Below are positions 10,128 through 20,001 of a stretch of 64,000 nt of DNA, in pieces (the first letter of the stretch is position 1; the number at the start of each line of letters is the position of its first letter). The stretch spans positions 1,178,001-1,242,000 of the forward strand of contig OZ287074.1 of assembly GCA_965645245.1 (NCBI GenBank), written 5' to 3'. Origin of the DNA: Massalongia carnosa (lineage: Eukaryota). The notes under the pieces are model-generated. The model made no database searches and was not told the origin of the DNA. It saw only the letters and a program-made list of their open reading frames with translations. Position numbers and translations under genes: made by a program.

Positions 10128-12314
10128 CGGGATTTCCCGGTGAAACGCCAAACCCGGTGACAACGCCGAATTTTAGAAAATTACTCCGCACCACCTTACC
10201 CTCTTCAACCATGAATAACACTACCACCACCACGCCAATTGACCAAGCAATTGCTAATTTAGAATCGCAAGAGCGACCATATATACTTGCAACTGCTAAG
10301 AAATTTGGCCTAGTCGAAAGTACTCTTCGGCGGCGATGGAAAGGCCAATCGGTCTCCCGACGGGAGGCTTCATCCACACATAAGCAACGCCTCACAACGG
10401 TCCAAGAAGAGGCTCTAATCTCACAAATCAATCGATTAACCGACAGAGGAATACCTCCTACCCCTACAATTGTGCGCAATTTGGCAGAAGAAATGATCAA
10501 GTCGTCAGTAGGTAGGAACTGGGCGGGAGAATTCACTAAGCGAAATTAAGAGACTTAAAAGTATATTTTACGCAACATGGACAGTCTACGCATAAAGTCT
10601 GAGTATGCACCTACATTCAAGCAATTCTATGATCAGGTCCTTAGTTTTGACAATATAACTGCCCCTAATTGCGTCGCATTTGTGCCTAATAGTCAACATT
10701 TCTTCTAGTTGATCGCGGGCATCGAAAAATATAACATCACAGCAGATAACGTCTATAATTGGGACGAAAAGGGCTTTTTAATTAGCATGGCCTCTGCCGT
10801 AAAGCGAAAAATGACTCTTGAAGCTCTAGAATCGGGGCGCATAACCTATGCGAGTCAAGATGGAAGTTGTGAATTCATTAGTCTACTGGCTTGCATATGC
10901 GCAAACGGTACCGCTTTACCACCCGCGCTGATCTATAGAGGCGATTCAAAGAAACTTCAGGATACATGGTTAGAAGATTGGAGTGTAGATCAGCAAGCTT
11001 TCTTCGCGGTCTCCTCCAATGGATGGAGTTATGACCTGCTTGGTCTGAACTGGCTTGAGCGTGTTTTTGAACGATGTATGAAGTATATGGGGCATAGAAG
11101 GCGGTTGCTGGTGGCGGATGGTCATTCTAGCCACGTCAATATGAAATTCATCAATAAATGCGATGAACTACGAATTCTATTGATGATTCTACCATCGCAT
11201 ACTACGCACTGGTTGCAACCCCTAGATGTTTCATTGTTTGCCCCCCTGGCCCGGTATTATACGAATGGTCTCAATGATATGATGTTTAACTCATTGGGCA
11301 CAGTGAACATATCAAAAAGAGTCTTCTGGGGTGTTTTTTGGCCTGCCTGGCAGAAGGCCTTCAAATGAAAAGAACATAATCTCTGCGTTTGAGAAGACAG
11401 GCATATGGCCGTACAATCCAAACATCCTACTAGACAAAATCAACAAATCGCCTTCACCAGAGGAGGAACCTAACATCACACAAGCACCCAAGACACCTAT
11501 GACGGGACGGGCGGTTCGTCGCATACAAAAAGCCTACGTAAAAGAGCCAAATAGAGTTTTGTTGTCCAAGATATTTGCTGCAAATGAGCGTCTCGCAGCT
11601 AATCGTTCTATTGATCAACACGTAATTAGGGGCCTATGCGAGGCACTTAAAGAGGAAAAGAAACGACGAAAACGTGGTAAACGCCTGAATTTGTTAGGTG
11701 AAGAAGATTCTGGGCCTCAATTTTTCAGTCCGGGTAGGGTGGCAGCGGCCAGAGTCTATCAGGTTTCAAAAGATGACGAAAAGACACGACGGCAACAGGA
11801 TCTCGCTGAAAAACGGGCACAATTAGTTTTTAACAAGTCGCTGAAGGAAAAAGAAAAGCAAGAACGGGCCCTAGTTGCTATAGAAAAAAAACGATTGATC
11901 GAGGAGGGTAGGCAGGCTAAAGCGGTCGAAAAGCAGGCCCAAAACGAATTGAAAAACGCAAGTACTAAGCCTTCTAAATTATCGATGAGGTTGAAATCGA
12001 CATCTACAGGGCCAAAGCAGGTGCCAAAGTGTCGAAAGCAGTCCCAGGAGCAAAGTGATGATGTCGAGGTGGTTGGTGGAGTGGAAATGATAATTTCTCG
12101 TACATCTAGGGGGAGAGAGGTGCGAAAGCCAAATCATTTTGGCGAATAGAACTTTTTTTCTATACATCAAATTGGACACCTTCTATGTACATTTTACCAA
12201 AGCTTCAGTGTATCAATCGTGGTGGTTGTCGCATGGTAGCAAAAAATAGCAAAGTGCCGAAATTTAGAAATTTCGGCGTTCTCACCGGGTTCGGCGTTTC
12301 ACCGGGAAATCCCG
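10128..12314 (+). mobile_element. pogo/Fot1-family DNA transposon, TA duplication, ~45-bp TIRs
   Basis: TA|CGGGATTTCCCGGTGAAACGCC...GGCGTTTCACCGGGAAATCCCG|TA; the TIRs carry an internal repeat CCGGTGA(A/CA/GA)ACGCC. Confidence 0.93.
10211..12149 (+). pseudogene. Fot1/pogo transposase, frameshifted (near 10545 and 11365), probable intron ~10637-10708
   Basis: HTH-psq-like AKKFGLVESTLRRR, CENP-B-type HTH, catalytic VYNWDEKGF / LLVADGHSSH / WLQPLDVSLF and IISAFEKTGIWP, split over three frames. Confidence 0.88.
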
Positions 12315-13743
12315 TACATCTTGTTATTTTCGTTAAGTCGATTCTCGATTTCTATGCGAAGTGCAATCAGATTGCCCCACATGAACTTTACAACGAACTG
12401 GAATTTCAGGAAACTTTTTATACAAATTCTACTTTAATTCTTTCGAAGAAATAGCCCGTGTCAAACAAAAAAGCAAGACGTCAAAATGTCGAAAAATCGC
12501 AATAATACACGATTTATTACGAATATCTGACCGTAATATTTAGTTTTGCGCTCAGACGTGCTATCGCAGCCACGTTAGTCAGCTGGGACGCTAATCCGAA
12601 GGAGCTTAGCGAAATAAGCTAACCCGGAGGGGCTTAGACGGCTCCTAGAGCCCACGCACGTCTGAGGTACTGAGGCAAGGTTCTCATACAACCACAGATA
12701 TCTTAGGGAAAAAAGCCAATACCAAGAAAGGAATACTCGGTGGGAAGAGACCAACAACTCAGAGTGTCTAATAGTTGGAACGGATAGATGGAAATAGGAG
12801 TGCATTAAGAGAGGACGTACTCAATACAAATGCTGAGGGATGGTAGATGAGGATTACGCTGTAATGTTCCTAATCCGTTAAAATAGCCAAGTTGGAGATT
12901 GGGAGTTGGGTGTTTGTTGACGACTTTTTCCATAGTTTTCACACATTTCCTAATTCCCACTTTTTTACGTGTTGTCAGAAGTTTTTCATTGGAGCAGCGT
13001 TTGATATGCATACATGGTGCTTTTAAACGGCCTCCAATCGGGGATAGACATCGTTTTCGCAGAGATAAGTTTGAAAGGAATATAAAGCAGACAAATGCAA
13101 ATAGACCTCAATAGTCTGCCTTCTAGAGACATTTGATCGGTTTGCTGCTTGACTAGGCACCTAAGTGTGCTCGAGCTTAGTGATAAGAATACATCAATAT
13201 TTCTTACACTCCTCCAACTGTTTAAATGGCGCATTTAAAAAATACTGTACATACAATGATAAGATAGATTACATCCATACATACAGCAACGTTATCTAAA
13301 TTAACCTAAGCGTACCGCACGCGGGCATCACCGTCATGATTGTCTCCCCGCAGATTCATTCCAGAAAGCCACCACTAGGCCTACCCCCTGGGCTTGTCAC
13401 TTTGAGACCTGACTACTATAATTCCCTTGTACTCGGCTTACCTCCAGTTCGACAATCTTCCTAGATCTTCCTGTCGTCTCACGCCCGGGGACGCTACTTA
13501 TCCGCACCGCGACAACGCTCGGGAGATGTGTGTGTTACGGAGCACGTCTCCACGTCATCTCTGAATGTTTTCTTGGGGAGTCCATCTTATCTTTTGAATT
13601 TGGAGTCTGCCATTGTATTAAAAGCCTAGACAAAGCGCACATTCCGCCGCTTGCTATCTCCAGGATAGGCAAGCCATTCTCTAGCACTTTAGTCGAGTAA
13701 TCTTCTTAAAACAATACGCCTGGCTGGCGCGGTGCTTGTCAAA

Positions 13744-16700
13744 ATGAATGACGATGACCTGATTAACCAGGTCTACAGGAAGATTGAGAGGGAAAAGGTT
13801 ATTATTAATGCTGCTAACGCTATGCGGCAGTCCTCGAACCCGCAAGTTCAGCAAAGTCTGGATTCGCAAGTACGCGAGGCGCGGAGAGGTATCAGTTACC
13901 TGGAAGAACGCATGCAAGAACTTCAACTGCGAAGAAGGGGTCAAAATGCAAATGCTCAATCGTTGCCGACGTCGGCGAGCGGTGGAGCGCCCATACCTCC
14001 AGCCCATGGTAGCTCGTCCTTACACCAGAGGGAGCTCCAAAATGCACCAATACCACCTTCAAAGGGATCTAGAGCAGGTTACATGGCAGATGGAGGCGAA
14101 TATAGTGACCCTGGAGCGGGGGGATATATGAGTGATTTATCAGGTGGTCAGGGCATGATGCCGCCCCGAGCACCTTTTGGCCCTCCTGCTCCTGGATCAA
14201 CGGTTCCAAAGTCACGCTCAAACTACACAAAACTTGGTCAGTCAGTCCGATTGCGGGCGAGCGTTTTGGTAACGCTAAGTGTCGTTTATAGATCTTATCA
14301 AGTCCGATACGCCATATTTAGGACCACGTATTCAGTTGATGTTGTCCCAACTAGAATTCAAATTAAGCGTTGAGAAGCAGTACAAAGATGGTATTGAAAA
14401 GATGGTCCGGCTGTATCAAGACGAAGGAGATAAACGAAGCAAGGCTGATGCTGAAGGACGGAGGATAGAGAGCAACCAGAAAATTCAACTTCTTAAGCAG
14501 GCCCTTAAGCATTATGAGGATCTCCATGTGGATATGGAGAGCAGTGCTGATGCTCCGGACGGTAAGCTCGTCGCAACATGTTAGAGATCGCCTTGAACCA
14601 CAAATTAAGACAATAATAGATGACAGCTTGAATTCGCCTAACATGCGAAAACCTCTCACTGGCACTTTGTCGATGTATGTCCATGCAGTCAGAGAAGTAG
14701 ATCATGCTGCTACAGGCAGGTTCACGCGGGGGCCAGAAACCTTTGTCATCATCAAGGTTGAGGACTCCATCAAAGGGAGAACGAAGCCAACGAGGACTGA
14801 CAAATGGTCGGAAGAGCTACCGATTGTGGATATTGAGAAGGCTAATGAAATTGAGCTTACTGTGTATGACAAATCTGGGGCTCACCCAACTCCTATAGCT
14901 ATGTTGTGGATTCGTATTTCCGATATTGCGGAAGAAATGAGACGGAAGAAAATTGAATCAGAGCTGAACAACTCCCAGTGGGTGACAGCCGACAAAATGG
15001 ACAATGGCCCGAACCAAACCCGTCAGGATTCCGCCTACCCCTCCATAAACACATTCCAAGACAAAAATTCTAAAGGGTCAGGCCGAGAGACGCCATCGAG
15101 TTCCGCTGGCCACAAACCGTCAAATCCTGCAGCAATCGATGCTTGGTTTGCGTTGGAACCCGTGGGGAGTATTCATTTGACTATGAGCTTTAGTAAGTGC
15201 CTCTAATATTTAACCTATAATCAAGATACTAAAACCATTTAGCCAAACAAAAGAAGGACCGAAGACCATTTGACCTGGGCCTTAACCGCAAAGGGGCCAT
15301 ACGTCAGCGGAAAGAAGAAATTCACGAGTTATACGGTCATAAGTTTGTTTTACAACAGTTCTATAACATTATGCGATGCGCCTTGTGCGGTGATTTTCTA
15401 AAGTATTCGGCTGGTATGCAATGTGAAGATTGCAAATATACTTGTCATAAAAAGTGCTACTCGAAAGTTGTCACCAAATGTATCAGCACGTCAAACGCAG
15501 AAGCCGACCCTGATGAGGAGAAACTCAACCATCGAATTCCTCATCGTTTCGAGGGGTTCTCAAATATGGGCGCGAATTGGTGTTGCCATTGTGGCTATAT
15601 TCTTCCGCTTGGTCGCAAGAATTGTAGAAAGTGCTCCGGTAAGATTATAAGGATTGCTTTTAAGATTGCTTTTAAGGAGAGTAATTTGCTAATAAAGACA
15701 TAGAGTGTGGCCTCAGCTGTCACGCCCAGTGTGCTCACCTTGTTCCTGATTTCTGCGGGATGTCAATGGAAGTGGCGAATCAAATATTGGATGTTGCTCG
15801 GCAAGCGAGAATGTCCCAAGGAAAAGTCAAGGAACCAAACCTTTCTAAAAGAACCTTTCGATCTGCTCCTGGACGGCCCTCTACACAGCCTAATCTGTCC
15901 TATATGCCTCCTCCGGTAGAGGGTCAAGCAAATCCACTTCCCACGGATCCACGAAGATCACATGGCCAAGAAGAGCTGTACAGACTAGACTCTGTAAATC
16001 AATCATACGGAGGTTCAACTGCTCTTGATGCTGCCAAACTTGCCACCCATGGAAATACTCAACCCTCGTCCAAACCAAGTCGACCTGATATGACTCCTCG
16101 TGCTACGTCCTCGCAAACTGCAATGAATGCTGCTGCGGCTGCTCTCGCAGGTAAAGAGAAAAGAACATCAGCGCAGCAGAAACCTCCGTCGTATTCTCGA
16201 ACTTCTACGAATACAGCTACAGATTACAGCACACTTTCGGGGCAACGTGGTTCTGGCGGCTATGGAGCGGTGGATTCCCAAGGCGAGCTTGGTCCTGGAC
16301 CGGTAGAAGCCGCTGTTACTCAAGCACAGCAAGCTCCGCAACCCAAACAGCACGGCTACAACCCGCAGGATTATCAAGGATATGGTGGATACCATCAGCA
16401 ACTGACGCCTAATCCACCTACGCAGCTCTTGGCGGTGAAACCGATTTTCCCTGAGCCGGAGCGACCGCTTTCGAACCAATTGCTCATGAAACCGCCGGTC
16501 GAGCATAAGGAACCTCAGCCTCAGCAGGGCCCAGGAAGGCGGATTGGTCTTGAGCATTTCAATTTCCTGGCAGTTTTGGGCAAAGGCAATTTCGGCAAGG
16601 TTATGCTGGCAGAGACCAAGGCAACCAAGAAACTCTACGCTATCAAAGTGCTCAAGAAAGAATTCATCATCGAAAACGATGAAGTAGAAAGTACCAAATC

Positions 16701-17690
16701 GGAGAAGAGAGTATTCTTGGTTGCGAATAAAGAACGGCATCCCTTCCTCCTGAATCTACATGCATGTTTTCAAACCGAGACGAGGGTTTACTTTGTCATG
16801 GAGTATATTAGCGGTGGCGATCTTATGTTACACATTCAGCGCGGGCAGTTTGGTACGAAACGGGCCCAGTAAGTCTTCATATCGGTTGCCGCGCACTCAC
16901 CTTGACATTAAGTAGGTTCTATGCCGCCGAGGTTTGCCTGGCTCTAAAGTACTTCCACGAGAATGGTGTCATCTATCGTGATCTCAAACTGGACAACATC
17001 CTTCTCACCCTCGACGGTCACATCAAAATCGCGGATTATGGGCTTTGCAAGGAAGAGATGTGGTATGGATCTAGTACTAGTACCTTTTGCGGCACTCCAG
17101 AGTTTATGGCGCCCGAGGTGATTGGCTCGTTTGTTTATTACCGCGATAGCGCTAACATATGGCAGATCCTGTTGGACAAGAAATATGGTCGTGCGGTGGA
17201 TTGGTGGGCATTCGGTGTGCTGATTTACCAGATGCTGCTTCAACAGTCCCCGTTTCGTGGCGACGACGAAGATGAAATCTACGATGCTATTCTTGCCGAC
17301 GAGCCACTTTATCCCATCCATATGCCTCGAGATTCCGTCTCGATCCTCCAAAAGCTGTTGACGAGAGAGCCGGAGTTGCGCTTGGGCTCAGGCCCGACCG
17401 ATGCGCAAGAGATCATGAGCCATTCCTTTTTTCGCAATGTCAATTGGGATGATTTTCGGGACAAGAAGGTGCCACCTCCGTTCCAGCCTCAAATTAAAGA
17501 TCCTACCGATACATCGAATTTTGATCCGGAGTTTACGAGCGTGACGCCGGTGCTCACGCCTGTTCAATCCGGTGAGTTGGTGATGGGGGTTTTGCTCGGT
17601 TCACTCCCGCAATGCTAATCCTCTGTAGTTCTCACCCAAGCGATGCAGGAAGAGTTCCGCGGGTTCTCCTACTCTGCAGACTTTATATGA
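13744..17690 (+). CDS. PKC1: Fungal protein kinase C (HR1-HR1-C2-C1-C1-kinase), 7 introns
   Basis: HR1 ([26 protein letters not shown]), pseudosubstrate [11 protein letters not shown], two C1 zinc fingers, kinase [10 protein letters not shown] / YRDLKLDN / DYG / [12 protein letters not shown] and C-terminal [11 protein letters not shown]. Confidence 0.97.
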
Positions 17691-18263
17691 TGACCATGCC
17701 GGTCGATTGCTATGAGGAATGGGGTCATATGTTGGTGAATCGGGTTGGGCTTGGGTGGTAATCATTTTGATCGGCGAAGCCTGATTCTTTCACGAGCTAT
17801 GTAGAGTTTTTGGATGAGAATAGCTGCAAGACGTAGTTCACAGTTCACGTTAGACCTGGTGGAGGAAAGCTGAGTTTTTTCACCTGTCGTTTGCTGTCTG
17901 TATGTACATGTGGCTTGCCGTGAAATGCATAGGTCGTGCATTGACTATCCTATGCTGCATAGGGTACTCTGTACTTTGAAGGTGAAGGATTAGGGTTACT
18001 TTAAGTAGAAGCCCTAAAGGAATGGCGGATAAGTTCTTGGCAACGACCAATCGACACATTTGGTGCGGGTACGTACGTTAGGGTTACCGGGTTCCGATCA
18101 TCCCCCCGAACCCTCGATAGCTTTGACACCACCCGCGGAGATCCCCTAGATTTTGCCATCAAGTCTATGATGCGGGCTTACTATCAAATGTTGCCTCTAG
18201 GGCTTCTTGATCTTACCCTAGATCGGCGCATTCAAGATCATCCACCAAGAAGTTCAACCTGGT

Positions 18264-19174
18264 ATGGCGCAAGAAAAATCCCACAAGCAGAACAATGATA
18301 ATGGCAACTCTCAACGGCGCGCAAGCTGGTCGCTAGAGCCCAACGCAACGTCGCAAAAGCGCCCAGGCTATAGTCACAAGGTCCAGGAAGGAGGAGGAGG
18401 AGAAGGAGGAGAAGGGAAGCAGTCATGGCAATTCCCAGCAACCGGTTGGGTTCTGGCACAAAAGCTTGAGCAAGATAAGACTCCAAATATTCGGGCTATG
18501 GGCGAAGACGAGTGAGTGCACCACGATGAATGAAAAGGAGATACATAAAGCTGATACGTTGCCTAGCTCTAATACTCGCCGCGTTCATCCTAATGGTCTT
18601 GTCAGTGTACTGGGGGGTTTTCTTTCACGTTGAAAAAAACAATTCTTCACTGGTGGTTTTCGTGGTAGACTTCGACGCCCAGGTAGCGCCGTACACGGGC
18701 GCCACGCCTCTCCTCGGCCCTATGGTTACGCGCATGACAACTGAGGTGTTACGGTCGCCAGCGGCTCACTTAGGCTACACCAGCATGCCGCCAGCGGCCT
18801 TTAATAACGACCCGTTTCAGGTTCGGTAAGCGGTCTACAATTAAAAGGCCTGGGCTGCAGTTGTCGTTAATCCCAACGCCACAGCGCTCCTGCAGCAAGC
18901 CGTGCAGCAAGGTAACGCCTCATACGACCCCTATCGGGGCCTGTCAGGTTGTCTGGGCTGAGGCTCGAGATCAAGCTTCCTACCGTTCCTATGTACTCCC
19001 ACAGCTGAACAGTCTCCAAACCGAAATCACCTCAATCTCGGCGTGCTGTTCGCCTGGTGCGCCGTCAACAGCGCCTTGTTCCCCTTTTGCTGTTACTTTA
19101 TGCGGCGGAAGAAAGAGAGGGAGGGGAGGAAGAAGGAAGCGGGAGAGGTGGAGAAGGAGGGAGAACGGGATTAG
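18264..19174 (+). pseudogene. SNG1-like (DUF3533, nitrosoguanidine-resistance family) membrane protein pseudogene with internal deletion
   Basis: VGFWHKSLSKIR..LWAKT, intron ~18511-18567, VLSVYWG, VVDFDAQVAPY, KAWAAVVVNPNATALL, YDP..ARDQ, then a jump to the C-terminal LNLGVLFAWCAVNSALFPFCCYFMR. Stops at 18827 and 18842 and frameshifts. Confidence 0.75.
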
Positions 19175-19302
19175 TAATGGATGGGGAAATTGAGGGGGGG
19201 GTTTACGTAGGGGCATCGGTTTCGGAACACTCAAGAGCGGAGGGAGGAAGGAATCACCCAGAGGAGGAGAGCGGGGCATTGATTCAATTAAATCGATTTT
19301 CC

Positions 19303-19553
19303 CATCATCATCATCATCATCATCATCATCACCTAACTCCGTCCTCCCCATTTCCCCCAGGTTTTCATCCCATTTCAGCCCATATCCCACCCATATCCCA
19401 CCTTATCCCTTCCTTCTCCCTTTCTTTCTCCCCAGCTAGTTCATCCATTCATCCATTCCACATCCTATACATACATACATATATACATACATCCTCTACA
19501 TACATACATACATACATACATACATACATCCAGCCAAGCCAAGCCAAGCCAGT

Positions 19554-19585
<32 letters not shown>

Positions 19586-19804
19586 TCTCTCACTCTCTCT
19601 CTCTCACTCTCGCAGGCGCGGGCACGGGCGCGGGCAGGCGAGCGGGCCTTTGCTCCAGGAGTCCGTAGCGTCTGGGTTCTCCCCACCCCAAGAGATGCGG
19701 AATGGAAACGGAAACGGAAACGGAAACGGAAACGGAAACTGGCAAGGAAGAAATAAAATAGAAAAGTCGCTTGCGTTGTTGTTGTTGTTGTTGTTGTTGT
19801 TGTT
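19303..19804. repeat. Compound microsatellite cluster: (CAT)9, (ATAC)n, (CCAAG)3, (CT)n, (GGAAAC)6, (GTT)10
   Basis: Directly visible at 19303-19329, ~19467-19528, ~19534-19548, ~19555-19605, 19704-19739 and 19775-19804. Confidence 0.95.
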
Positions 19805-20001
19805 GGTGTTGGTATGTTTTGGCTTGGGCTTGGCTGGACATTGTGATGAAGGGCACCGGAAAAGAAAGGGAAGATTAGGGTTGGTAGATGGATCAAATGA
19901 TTAGGGATTGATAGATAGTGCAGAGAAAAGAGAAAAAAAAACCCAAAATAACAATCCATCGTCATGTACACAGAGACATACGTACAATCATTTAACCCCC
20001 C

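Larger units (their letters stand above)
8485..12679. mobile_element. Unclassified non-autonomous hairpin-armed element, copy A (~670 bp after removing two nested transposons)
   Basis: Ends TGCCTCAGTACCTCAGACGTGC (8485) and GCACGTCTGAGGTACTGAGGCAAG (12679). Arms and core are near-identical to sequence at 23946-24592. Confidence 0.85.

Noticed and set aside
8100..13240. A host gene disrupted by the 4.2-kb insertion
   Set aside because: Rejoining the flanks (GACAT^GTTCTC) gave no continuous ORF or recognisable protein. A very decayed gene cannot be excluded without BLASTX.
17990..18087. Two TTAGGGTTAC motifs (telomere repeat or telomerase-template-like)
   Set aside because: Only 1.5 repeats each. 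A minus-strand telomerase RNA would overlap PKC1 coding exons, and I saw no supporting structure. At most a transcription-factor site.
18989..19971. ORFs with poly-His, poly-Asp, poly-Gln and dipeptide repeats
   Set aside because: Translations of the microsatellite cluster.
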